This document shows positions 8,005-17,456 of a stretch of 26,513 nucleotides of DNA, in pieces. The stretch's first letter is position 1, and every line of letters begins with the position of its first letter. This DNA is from an uncultured euryarchaeote (GTDB lineage Archaea; Thermoplasmatota; Poseidoniia; Poseidoniales; Poseidoniaceae). Where the stretch lies: NCBI GenBank assembly GCA_937899865.1, contig CALBRH010000024.1:1-26513 (forward strand). The letters run 5' to 3'. The notes below the pieces were generated by a model. It worked only from the letters and a program-made list of their open reading frames with translations. It made no database searches and was not told where the DNA came from. Position numbers and translations under genes: made by a program.

Positions 8005-10477
8005 CTTTGGTAAATTCCATATCAGTTTCAAGTAAAAATAGAGCTTCTTTGGTTAATTTGTAACGATTTTTAATTCCCATTTTTCGCTTCTCTACCAAGC
8101 CAAACTTTTGCAGAGTTCTCAAATGATGTGAGATGAGTTGCTGGCTCTTCTCTAACTTTTTGGCTAGTTCAGATTGGGTAGGGAATTCACCTAGTTGGTG
8201 CTCATCATCGAGTAGAGTCAGAATTTTTCCTTGCAAACTATTTGGATCCGGAGATAGCGGCGGAATAGGTAATTCGTCAGGATTCATTCCAGGGTATAGT
8301 GAATTGTTTAGAGGGTAATATCTGACGAATCTTCCATCATTTATACGCCATATCAATTCTTGATTTTCTAATAATCTAAGATGGTGTGTAATTTGGCCAT
8401 TACTCATATTTAATGCGGCCATTAGTGCTCTAAAATGACAACCAGGATTAGCAGTTAAATAACCAATCAACCGTCCTCTTTGGAAACGGCCATCAGAGGT
8501 TTCATGAGTCTTACCAACTAAAGCAAACATCCAAAGTCCTAGAGAAGTTACTGGAATTCTAAGGCTCTCTGTATTAGATATAAGTAATACTAGGGTTAGG
8601 ATTATTGATGCAGTTGCTGTACCAGTTACAGTAATAGCGACTACATCTATTTCATCAGAGGTCTCAATTTCCAATTCAGTTACAATGGAACTTTCGGGCT
8701 CAGATTCAAAATAAATTTCATCAATCACAACTAATTGTATTCCAAAAATACCACAGTTTCCAACACCGGTTTCAGCTTTTGAAACAAGATAACTTCCAGT
8801 CCAATCCTCTTTTGGCGACCACTGAGATGTTAGGAGATTTGAATCTATGATGTGAGCGTTATTTGGTGAATTAATAATCCAGCATTCATTTTGACCATAT
8901 TCGATATTTTTCCAAATTCCATCAATTTGAAAGTTATCATTTGTTGAATGGACGTCATTATTATTGACTTTGATAGAGAAATATTCATTCATTGTTAAAC
9001 CATTAAATGTCGAATATTGTATATTGATCACATCATTTTCTATAGTTTCACTTAACTCGAATTGATTGGAAAACTCGATATTTCCTCCATTTAAGGTGAA
9101 GAAGTTGCCTGGAGTGAAGCCACAAAATTCATTTACAAAACTGTTGAGTGATAAGATTTCAATCTTCAAACCCGCTAAGCAGTTAGTATCAATCCTCATA
9201 ACTTCTTGATTAGTCGATAATTCAAAATCTGAAAATACTGTATAATCAATTAAACTAGATTGAAAATCAACTTCAATATTTTTTTCTAAGCATGCAACTT
9301 CAGTATTTTTGTAAAGATGTTGATAATCAAAGGAAAAGAACTTGTTTCCGATTTCAATAATTATATTGTAAGTCCCCATTTCAATAAAGCATTGCTGGTC
9401 ATTTTTTAGACTCCATTGAAAAATCTCCTTAACATTATTTTCTGATTGTAATTGTTCTTCATTACATAGACTAATCTGATTTGATAGATATTCTGCTCCA
9501 AAATCATGGAATATTGTTACTGATGCGTCACAAACTTCAATTTGATTTTCAGTATTTGTTTGATCAAATGTTGCAAAGAAAGATACTGAGTCTTCATTTG
9601 CATAATGGTCAATTTTGATAACTGGAGATACTTGTTGCATAGATTGATCTTCATCTTGAGACTCATCATTTTGACTTTGTTCATGTTCTGGAATCGCTAC
9701 CGATACTATTTCTTCCGAACCATACAATTGGAATGTAATTGGTAGCGAAAAATCATATTTATTTTCTAAAATTATTACATGTCCAGCGTAGATGTTCTCA
9801 TTAGGGTGAAATAATTCTGTATTTCCATAACATGATTCAATCATTTGAACATAATCTGCGTTGTTAATGACAATTAGACATTTTTCATTGTCCAAATCAA
9901 GTATAGATTGACTTGGGTTATTCAACAAGATCTGTGCAGCATAGGCTTCGTTTTGAGATATTGTGGAGATTTTGTTTAGTTTTACTTCCAGTTTTAAATC
10001 TTGATTGATAGTTGACATTTTTATAAATTCTAAATTGATTGTATCATTAAGTTCTAGAATACTATGATGTAATTTGATGTAGTATTTACCGGACTCAACA
10101 TACTCATTATCATGATTTTTAAAATCCCATATTTGTCTAGGCTGCTCTAAAGCTTCATTGCTATAAATAATTGAATCTCTGATTTGATTTCGACATTCTC
10201 CAAAGTTTGAATATACTATTTGATTTTCTTCATTTTCTACTGTAATATAAACGCCACAAGAAGGATTTTCTTGATAAACTTCGGCGTTTCCATAGTTTAT
10301 TAGTAGTGAATCAATTTCAATCGATTGCCCTTCAATAAAGACTGACAGACTTTCATCAGTTGTGATTTCAAGTGATAATGAGGATTCACTATTTGATTCA
10401 GCAGTAGTGTGCGGCAAACTAGACAATAACATCAGCCCGGCGAGCAGGGCTATTGCAAACCTTTGAGCCTCCGCCAT
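7994..10477 (-). CDS. Membrane-anchored transcriptional regulator: signal peptide, large extracellular beta-rich region, TM helix, two winged HTH domains (COG3398-like)
   Basis: N-terminal MAEAQRFAIALLAGLMLLSSLPHTTA signal peptide; hydrophobic VVAITVTGTATASIILTLVLLI near aa 610-635; RGRLIGYLTANPGCHFRALMAALNMSNGQITHHLRLLE...DGRFVRYYP and PTQSELAKKLEKSQQLISHHLRTLQKFGLVE wHTH units. Confidence 0.85.
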   Translation of the reverse strand: MAEAQRFAIALLAGLMLLSSLPHTTAESNSESSLSLEITTDESLSVFIEGQSIEIDSLLINYGNAEVYQENPSCGVYITVENEENQIVYSNFGECRNQIRDSIIYSNEALEQPRQIWDFKNHDNEYVESGKYYIKLHHSILELNDTINLEFIKMSTINQDLKLEVKLNKISTISQNEAYAAQILLNNPSQSILDLDNEKCLIVINNADYVQMIESCYGNTELFHPNENIYAGHVIILENKYDFSLPITFQLYGSEEIVSVAIPEHEQSQNDESQDEDQSMQQVSPVIKIDHYANEDSVSFFATFDQTNTENQIEVCDASVTIFHDFGAEYLSNQISLCNEEQLQSENNVKEIFQWSLKNDQQCFIEMGTYNIIIEIGNKFFSFDYQHLYKNTEVACLEKNIEVDFQSSLIDYTVFSDFELSTNQEVMRIDTNCLAGLKIEILSLNSFVNEFCGFTPGNFFTLNGGNIEFSNQFELSETIENDVINIQYSTFNGLTMNEYFSIKVNNNDVHSTNDNFQIDGIWKNIEYGQNECWIINSPNNAHIIDSNLLTSQWSPKEDWTGSYLVSKAETGVGNCGIFGIQLVVIDEIYFESEPESSIVTELEIETSDEIDVVAITVTGTATASIILTLVLLISNTESLRIPVTSLGLWMFALVGKTHETSDGRFQRGRLIGYLTANPGCHFRALMAALNMSNGQITHHLRLLENQELIWRINDGRFVRYYPLNNSLYPGMNPDELPIPPLSPDPNSLQGKILTLLDDEHQLGEFPTQSELAKKLEKSQQLISHHLRTLQKFGLVEKRKMGIKNRYKLTKEALFLLETDMEFTKARD

Positions 10478-10540
10478 GGTACACAGTAGGACTCATCATT
10501 TGAAAGGGCAGCGGTTCTCAGCATGATTTAAGGGTGAAAT

Positions 10541-11299
10541 ATGTTGAAACCGAATTTGATTTTTGAAACCAACCAAATCATGGTTTTCCAACAACAATTA
10601 GGCCCATGGGATAACTTGAATCACTTATTTGTATGTAAATCGACTAAAAAAGCCTGTATCGTCGACCCATTTGATGGAGAATATTGGCATGACTTTTGTA
10701 GTTCACATGGTTTTCAGTTAAGTGAAATTTGGCTCACACATAGTCATTGGGATCATGTCAAAGGAGTTGAAGAATTAGTAAATATCACATCTGATAATAT
10801 TGTAATTAGATGCCATATATTGGAGCAAGAAAGAGGTTACAAGTTTGATGGAATTAGTTGGTGGCAACACCAAGAATTTACTGAAATTACACAATCATTT
10901 GGTGCGATGGATTTCGCTATTCATTGCACTCCAGGCCATACACCTGGCCATGTAACAATAATTGGTAATGGACTGGTGATTACCGGTGATTGCTTGTTTC
11001 TAGGTCGTTGTGGAAGAACGGATTTGTTTGGTGGAAGCCAAGATAAGCAGCGCCAATCTTTGTTATATTTACGAGATATTTTACTTGAGGTTGAAGACAC
11101 ATCATTGGTTTTGCCTGGTCATCAGTACGAGTTATCTGATGGCTCTAATCCTACTACACTAAAATTAGTTGATTTAATGGTAAATAATGAGGCATTAAAT
11201 TCAATTGATGATGAAGTAGAATGGAATAATTTACCATTTTTATCATTTGAAGATGACTTATCAAAAAAAGCCAAAAGACAGAAAGCAAGAAATTCATAA
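10541..11299 (+). CDS. MBL-fold metallo-hydrolase (glyoxalase II-like)
   Basis: THSHWDH (HxHxDH), TPGHTPGH, TGDCLF, GRTDL, LPGH; RBS GGGTGA at 10532-10537. Confidence 0.9.
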   Translation: MLKPNLIFETNQIMVFQQQLGPWDNLNHLFVCKSTKKACIVDPFDGEYWHDFCSSHGFQLSEIWLTHSHWDHVKGVEELVNITSDNIVIRCHILEQERGYKFDGISWWQHQEFTEITQSFGAMDFAIHCTPGHTPGHVTIIGNGLVITGDCLFLGRCGRTDLFGGSQDKQRQSLLYLRDILLEVEDTSLVLPGHQYELSDGSNPTTLKLVDLMVNNEALNSIDDEVEWNNLPFLSFEDDLSKKAKRQKARNS

Positions 11300-14200
11300 A
11301 ATGTCATCAAGGTTAACCATATTTGGTATTGCAGCATCTTGTTCTTCTTGTTGTTGAATTTCGAATTGTTTCCATTGTGGTAATTCTGCAGGATTTGCTT
11401 CTATCCACCCTAATGCTTTAGCTTCATCTAACTGGCCATTAGCGACATAGTAATCGATCCAAGCGGTTCTTCTTTCATCTTCTTCAGAAAATGCAGAATT
11501 TACCATTGCTTCGTCTAATTTTTCTTGTCTTGCTTTTTTCTTTGCTAAGGTTTTAGAGAATTGTGCAACGATTATTACTGATAATAGAATCACTATTGAA
11601 ATCCCAAGGTATACTAGAGTTGGCTCAATACTGCTACTAGTAGAATCTGATTCAGCCTCCCCTTCTTGTTGTGGCTCAGTTATCTTACAGACAACAGAAC
11701 TGATTTTTCCTTCGAAAATGTCAGGATCATATGGGCATGGATCGGAAGTATCACTGGTTCCATCGTTATCTGTATCAATACAACCAAATACATCTCTATA
11801 CGATGTACCAGGCACTTGTATACAATCATCTGGTTGGTGGGCTCCGCTGGTGAAATTATCACCATATCCATCACCATCAAAATCACTCCATTGAGTAGTT
11901 TCCAATGGGAAGTCATCACTTATATTGTCACCATATCCATCACCATCTTGGTCACTCCATTCATCAGGTTGTAATGGAAAAGCGTCACCTCTCTGCTCAC
12001 GTAATTCAATAATTCTTTGAGGATCTTCTAAGTCTTCAACAAAGGTTACTGTCCATAGGTAATTGTCGCCGTAACCATCACCATCGGTATCTTTCCACTG
12101 TTCGCCATCATCTGGGAATTCATCATCGACATCAGCCCAGCCATCGCCATCGGTATCAACACAACCATATCGATTGTTTTCGTTTGATGTGCCAAATGTA
12201 TCAATGCAGTCATCTCCACCAGGTTTGTCTACTTCATCGCCATAGCCATCACCGTCACGGTCAGCCCATTGTAGAGGATTCTGTGGAAAAGCGTCCTCCG
12301 GATCAACAAAACCATCACCGTCACTATCAGGGCATCCTCGAGAGATTGGATTCGCAGAGTTACCTGCTTGAGTGGGGCAAATATCTCCATTTATTGAGCC
12401 TGTTCCGTTATTATCGCCGAAACCGTCACCATCAAAGTCAGACCATTGTGTAGGGTCAAATTTGAACGCATCTCCATTGTTACCTGCAGCATTATCACCA
12501 TAACCATCTCCATCAGTATCTTTGCATTGAGTATTATCGTCGGGGAAAACATCCGGATTATTTCCCGACTGATTATCTCCACCACAATCTAATGAATCCC
12601 CGTCTCTATTTTCCCATTGAGTATTATCATTCGGAAACGGGTCTCCCTGATCTGAATATCCATCTCCATCGGTATCTAAACAACCAATTCTATCGATAGT
12701 AGAGGAACCTGATTCATCAGGACATTCATCTGGCGAGTTACCCTCTTGGTTTTCGCCAAAGCCATCTCCATCTTTGTCACACCATTGTGTTGGATCAAGT
12801 GGCAAACCATCTGCTTGACAGTAACCGGTATTCGAAACTGCACCCCAATTTGCAGTCGGGTCGGAGTATGAATCACCGTCAGTATCAGGACAGCCATATC
12901 TATCGGCGGTAGAGTTACCGAATGAATTCGGGCAGGCATCTGCATCATCACCAACTTGATTATCACCCCACCAGTCTCCGTCAGTGTCAATCCACTGGTA
13001 ATGGTTTAGAGGAAATTTATCGATTTCAGTAGCCCCAGAGATAATTATTCCAGGCCATGACTCTCCTCTATATTCATCCCATGATTGGTCAGCGTAATTG
13101 TCGCCCCAACCATCGCTATCAGAATCATTCCATTGAGTAGGGTTGTTTGGAAAAGCGTCGCCACGTTGGTTAATGTGGAAGAATGTATTGACCACTTCAA
13201 AGTAATATTCATCGCCATAGCCATCTCCATCACTATCTTTCCATTGTTCAGGGTCATTAGGTGCCCAGTCGCCATCATCAGACCATCCATCACCATCTGT
13301 ATCCGGGCAGCCATACCTGTCTTGAGTTGATGTACCAAATTGGTTTACACAACCATCAGGAGTAGTAGCAGGGTCTGGATTATCCCCATATCCATCGCCA
13401 TCAGTATCATTCCATTGGCTTCCATCGGTTGGAAACGCATCAACTACTCCATCACCTTGGTCAGTAGTATTGTATCCGTCATTATCTTCATCGACATCAG
13501 CAAACCAAAAGTAAACTCCCTCATCATTTCTTGTGTGAGATGTTACAATTTTACTTCCATCTGGGTGCCATGAAACACCATCGATTTGACCACACTGATT
13601 GTTACTTGAACCAGCACAATTGTTTGGTCTTGGCCCTGAAAATGTATCGACTAATTGGCCGCTTGCTGTCTGATAGATTTTAGCAGTAGCACCATCAGCT
13701 TCATACCAAAACAATCCGATAACAAATTTTGAACCATCTGGTGCAAAATCTATCGATGAACATGATGTTGAGGTTGGTACTTCCCAAATAATTGGCCAAC
13801 TTGCACCATCAAATTCGTGAACTTGGACCCTTGCTCCATTTGACTCATATGCTCCACACATTACGATGTAATTCCCATCAGGAGACCATGCAATTGCGTT
13901 AACGGAATCAGGGGGGTTAGTTACAGATTGTACAGTATTTCCTGTACTCATTTCTGAAATATACCAATCACCTTCACTACCTACAGCAATAAAATTTCCA
14001 TCGGGTGAAAATGCACTATCATAAAATCGATCTTCGCCTCCAGGATTGATTCCAGAACTAAAGAAATTACCAGTTGTTACGTTGATAAATGCGACAACGC
14101 CATTTGTTCCAGAATTGCCAGATCTACCAATTGATACTGCTAAGAGGTTACTATCTGGTGAGAACTCGACATCATTTACTCTTTCGTTACCTCCAACACT

Positions 14201-14698
14201 GACGCTTATTGCATTGTGTAAATTTGCCATTGTACTAGAATCAAAAATATGGACAGTATCGTCATTTACTCCAGCAGCAACATAGTTGTTATTCGGTGAA
14301 AATGCGACTGAATTTATGTTTGAGCCTAAATTTGCTGAGCGTAGGTTGACAAATGTTGTTGAGTTCCAAATACGAATAAAATCGTCATCTGATCCGGTTA
14401 CTACCATAGTTCCATCACCGGAATATTCGACATCATTGTAATCTTCGTTAGAGCCGATTATTTGTTCAGTCTGAAAGTCAGGATTCGGGGTTGTCCAAGG
14501 GTCATTAAAATCTGAAATGCCATCGCCATCACTATCTGGGCAACCGGTTTTGTCAATAGAAGAGGTCCCTGCAGACCAAATACAATCATCTGTAGAATCT
14601 CCAATGCCATCTCCGTCAGAATCAGCAGACACCGTTAATGATAACAATGATAACAATAGCAAGGCGATAATTGCAAAAACCCCGCCTCTATATTCCAT
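11294..14698 (-). CDS. Cell-surface protein with a 7-bladed WD40-like propeller and about 21 TSP3-like Ca-binding DxDGDG repeats, C-terminal TM anchor
   Basis: Signal peptide (..LLLLSLLSLTVSA|DSDGDG); seven xxFSPDG-type blades; repeated D(T/S)DGDG(Y/F/W)(G/S)D units; TM LVYLGISIVILLSVIIVAQF followed by an approximately 85-aa cytoplasmic tail. Confidence 0.9.
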   Translation of the reverse strand: MEYRGGVFAIIALLLLSLLSLTVSADSDGDGIGDSTDDCIWSAGTSSIDKTGCPDSDGDGISDFNDPWTTPNPDFQTEQIIGSNEDYNDVEYSGDGTMVVTGSDDDFIRIWNSTTFVNLRSANLGSNINSVAFSPNNNYVAAGVNDDTVHIFDSSTMANLHNAISVSVGGNERVNDVEFSPDSNLLAVSIGRSGNSGTNGVVAFINVTTGNFFSSGINPGGEDRFYDSAFSPDGNFIAVGSEGDWYISEMSTGNTVQSVTNPPDSVNAIAWSPDGNYIVMCGAYESNGARVQVHEFDGASWPIIWEVPTSTSCSSIDFAPDGSKFVIGLFWYEADGATAKIYQTASGQLVDTFSGPRPNNCAGSSNNQCGQIDGVSWHPDGSKIVTSHTRNDEGVYFWFADVDEDNDGYNTTDQGDGVVDAFPTDGSQWNDTDGDGYGDNPDPATTPDGCVNQFGTSTQDRYGCPDTDGDGWSDDGDWAPNDPEQWKDSDGDGYGDEYYFEVVNTFFHINQRGDAFPNNPTQWNDSDSDGWGDNYADQSWDEYRGESWPGIIISGATEIDKFPLNHYQWIDTDGDWWGDNQVGDDADACPNSFGNSTADRYGCPDTDGDSYSDPTANWGAVSNTGYCQADGLPLDPTQWCDKDGDGFGENQEGNSPDECPDESGSSTIDRIGCLDTDGDGYSDQGDPFPNDNTQWENRDGDSLDCGGDNQSGNNPDVFPDDNTQCKDTDGDGYGDNAAGNNGDAFKFDPTQWSDFDGDGFGDNNGTGSINGDICPTQAGNSANPISRGCPDSDGDGFVDPEDAFPQNPLQWADRDGDGYGDEVDKPGGDDCIDTFGTSNENNRYGCVDTDGDGWADVDDEFPDDGEQWKDTDGDGYGDNYLWTVTFVEDLEDPQRIIELREQRGDAFPLQPDEWSDQDGDGYGDNISDDFPLETTQWSDFDGDGYGDNFTSGAHQPDDCIQVPGTSYRDVFGCIDTDNDGTSDTSDPCPYDPDIFEGKISSVVCKITEPQQEGEAESDSTSSSIEPTLVYLGISIVILLSVIIVAQFSKTLAKKKARQEKLDEAMVNSAFSEEDERRTAWIDYYVANGQLDEAKALGWIEANPAELPQWKQFEIQQQEEQDAAIPNMVNLDDIL
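11740..13510 (-). repeat. Protein-level tandem TSP3-like repeats (about 19 degenerate DxDGDG units)
   Basis: Recurrent + strand motif ccatc(a/g)cc(a/g)tc..tatc and units such as DAFPxDxxQWxDxDGDGYGD and DRYGCPDTDGDG. Confidence 0.8.
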
Positions 14699-14803
14699 GG
14701 TCTTCGGATTGATGATACAATAAAGGAATTATGGTTAAATTGCTCTTACAACAAATCAGCAATAAGCCACAATCGCTTAGTTGTAGGAAAATCTCGCAAC
14801 ATT

Positions 14804-16318
14804 GTGAGCGCAGGGATTTCCAAGGTCAATGTACCTGTTCAAGACCGCGTAATGCTACATTTATTTGAAAACGATGAGCAGGCAGACAGATACTTAGTTG
14901 GTCCAGAGTTAACTAGGCCTGGAATTGCCGAATCATGTGCCTTACATCCACCAAATGTAAGCAGAACAATGAGGGACTTGCTCAAGAAGAATTTGGTTTC
15001 TGAACATACTCGTAATATCAAAGGTGATGAACGTCGTCAAAAGACCTGGCAGTTAACTGATGAGGGCCGAGATAAAATCCAAGTAATCAAGAAAAAATTA
15101 TCTGGCATCCAAGTCGTTATCAGGGATAATAATGGTGAATTGTTGGAACTTGAAGCATCAAGTGTGCCAAATAGACTTGATGCAAATATTTCATTGTTAC
15201 AAGTATTAATGCATGCTCAACATGAAGGAGTTCTAACCTATGGCGATATTAGATTTGGAGCGATTACCAAGAGCACTGAAACAGAACCAACCAATCCGCC
15301 AGGTCGTTTGAAAGCATTAACCGGTGTGCATGCTACTTACAATAATCAGCCACCAAAAACGCGTGTAGTTCATGGAAGAGATGATCAGTTTGCGGCACTT
15401 AATGAATGGTTTTCGGAGCGTAAACCATGTATGGTTATTCATGGCATAGCAGGCATCGGTAAATCTACACTAATTGCTAATTGGTTAAATCAGCGAATGA
15501 CAGAAACACCAAACTTGTCAGTGTGTTGGTATCCTTGCCAGCCTTGGGATACATCATTAGGAATTGCAACCAGCTTACTACATAGATTCGGTATTGATGA
15601 ATCTCATGACCCATACAATCTAATCGAAACCTTACCACTTAATCCTGGGGGTCAAGTCGATGTTGATATGTTACGTCGAAGATTACTTGCATATTTGACC
15701 GATGCTGGAACAATTCGTGAACGATTCAAGGATGAACCAGGAGGGCCTCCACCATATTGGTTGATAGTATTGGACGATGTACATCATGTGGAAGAAAATT
15801 CCGCAAAACTCCTTGGAGCAATGTTGCAAATATCACAGAATTCTCCACTACGAATAATTATGATTTCTCGTAACCGCCCTTCAGTATATGACCGTCGAGA
15901 TGTACATACAAGGGATTTAGTTTCTGAAATGGCACTCAAAGGGTTATCCAAAAATGAGATAGAAAATTGGTTAAACGAATTGGAAATTTCAGAAGATGTA
16001 GAAGCAGTTTATCAAAAAACTGGTGGCCATCCTTTAGCATTGGAATTATTTGAATTATATGGGCAATCAGTACACGTAGACTGGTTACAGTTTATTGATG
16101 ACGAAATATTGTTTAAGTTACCAGAAAATGAAAAGCGATTACTAACAACATTAGCAAATTACGAGAAACCGTTGTCATGGGAAGAATTAGCAACCGAAGC
16201 AGATTGGAAAGGACCGCCTCCTAAGGGCTTAATCTCTTATGGAATCTTAATTGAGTTGGCGGATGGAATGTGGCTTCACGAAGCACTAAGAGAGAGATTA
16301 TTGAGAGATATCAAGTGA
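14804..16318 (+). CDS. Winged-HTH + STAND-class (MalT/AP-ATPase-like) NTPase lacking a C-terminal sensor domain
   Basis: GTG start; N-terminal wHTH (TRPGIAESCALHPPNVSRTMRDLLKKNLV...WQLTDEG); Walker A GIAGIGKST; Walker B WLIVLDDVH; ISR sensor; GGHPLALEL (GxP); terminal WLHEALRE WHD motif followed by a stop. Confidence 0.8.
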   Translation: MSAGISKVNVPVQDRVMLHLFENDEQADRYLVGPELTRPGIAESCALHPPNVSRTMRDLLKKNLVSEHTRNIKGDERRQKTWQLTDEGRDKIQVIKKKLSGIQVVIRDNNGELLELEASSVPNRLDANISLLQVLMHAQHEGVLTYGDIRFGAITKSTETEPTNPPGRLKALTGVHATYNNQPPKTRVVHGRDDQFAALNEWFSERKPCMVIHGIAGIGKSTLIANWLNQRMTETPNLSVCWYPCQPWDTSLGIATSLLHRFGIDESHDPYNLIETLPLNPGGQVDVDMLRRRLLAYLTDAGTIRERFKDEPGGPPPYWLIVLDDVHHVEENSAKLLGAMLQISQNSPLRIIMISRNRPSVYDRRDVHTRDLVSEMALKGLSKNEIENWLNELEISEDVEAVYQKTGGHPLALELFELYGQSVHVDWLQFIDDEILFKLPENEKRLLTTLANYEKPLSWEELATEADWKGPPPKGLISYGILIELADGMWLHEALRERLLRDIK

Positions 16319-16320
16319 AT

Positions 16321-16650
16321 TTAGAAATCATCAGCAGTCATGTGCTGATCAATCCAATTCAACAATGCAGGTTTTGGCATAGCGCCGCTTTGCTTGCCAA
16401 CAAGGTTGCCATTATGATAGAGGAATAAAGCGGGAATGCCTCTAACTCCCAACTTGCCAGCATTCGCCGGATTTGAATCAGTATCAACCTTGGCGATTAG
16501 GATGTCTCGTTCATTGGCTACTTGTTCAAGAACGGGCGCTAATGCTTTGCATGGACCGCACCATGGGGCCCAAAAATCTACCAAGACCCATTCACTTTCA
16601 TTGATTGAATTTTCATACTCAGAATCAGTAACAGCCTTTACTTCACCCAT
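16321..16650 (-). CDS. trxA: Thioredoxin
   Basis: VLVDFWAPWCGPCK, GVRGIP, 109 aa. Confidence 0.97.
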   Translation of the reverse strand: MGEVKAVTDSEYENSINESEWVLVDFWAPWCGPCKALAPVLEQVANERDILIAKVDTDSNPANAGKLGVRGIPALFLYHNGNLVGKQSGAMPKPALLNWIDQHMTADDF

Positions 16651-16763
16651 GTTCTCACTAACTCACCCTATTGCAGGAGCATTATGAGACTTTGTGCGAT
16701 AAATAATTCATTTTTGAACACAATGCTCATGAGAATCCATCGATTGGATTGGATTGTTCTGAC

Positions 16764-17438
16764 ATGATTATAGCGCCAAGTATCCTTACCGCAGACCTTT
16801 CAAATTTGGCTGAGTCTTGCCAAGAAGCAATTGATGCAGGTCTTGATAGACTTCACTTAGATGTGATGGATGGCAATTTCGTTCCAAACATGACCTTTGG
16901 ACCGCCAGTCATCAAATCATTACGTGAATCTCTTTCTGAAAATGTGATTTTTGACGCTCATCTAATGATAACAAATGCCGAAGAATGTTTCATGGATTAT
17001 ATTGAAGCAGGTTGCAATCACATTTCAGTCCATGTTGAAGCAGCAACTCATCTTCATCGTTTAGTAACTGCAATAAGAGATGCAGGCGCTACTGCTGGAG
17101 TAGTACTCAACCCAGCAACGCCATTAGAAGCAATCATTGAGATATTACCTGAGATAGACTTGGTTCTTGTGATGAGTGTAAACCCAGGATTTGGTGGCCA
17201 ATCTTTCATTTCATCAGTTGAAGGTAAGATAAGACGCTTGAAAGCAATGATCGATGAACAGGTAAATGCTGGAGGCCGACCAGTTCAAATCCAAATTGAT
17301 GGCGGAATAAAAGCTCATAACATCGCGATGGTCGGTGAGTGGGGCGTTGAAAATTGTGTTGTAGGCTCTGGACTATTCAACGACCGAGGCACTGTGAAAG
17401 AAAATTTACAAATTTTACAATCAGCACTTGAACAATGA
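16764..17438 (+). CDS. rpe: Ribulose-phosphate 3-epimerase
   Basis: IAPSIL, HLDVMDGNFVPNMTFG, DAHLM, SVHVE, VLNPATP, MSVNPGFGGQSF, IDGG, VVGSG. ATG 16764 is preferred over the track TTG at 16749. Confidence 0.95.
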   Translation: MIIAPSILTADLSNLAESCQEAIDAGLDRLHLDVMDGNFVPNMTFGPPVIKSLRESLSENVIFDAHLMITNAEECFMDYIEAGCNHISVHVEAATHLHRLVTAIRDAGATAGVVLNPATPLEAIIEILPEIDLVLVMSVNPGFGGQSFISSVEGKIRRLKAMIDEQVNAGGRPVQIQIDGGIKAHNIAMVGEWGVENCVVGSGLFNDRGTVKENLQILQSALEQ

Positions 17439-17456
17439 TTCAGTGAAGGTGGCAAT

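Noticed and set aside
11740-13510. Repeats considered as a possible CRISPR array or DGR template/variable region
   Set aside because: They are in-frame, degenerate at synonymous positions and unevenly spaced, i.e. protein repeats; no cas or reverse transcriptase gene is nearby.
11666-13573. Several short ORFs in alternative frames or antisense inside the TSP3 gene
   Set aside because: Shadows of the repetitive GAT/GGT codon pattern; no independent RBS or motifs.
16321-17438. trxA and rpe as parts of a novel system
   Set aside because: Ordinary housekeeping genes with canonical motifs; nothing links them mechanistically to their neighbours.
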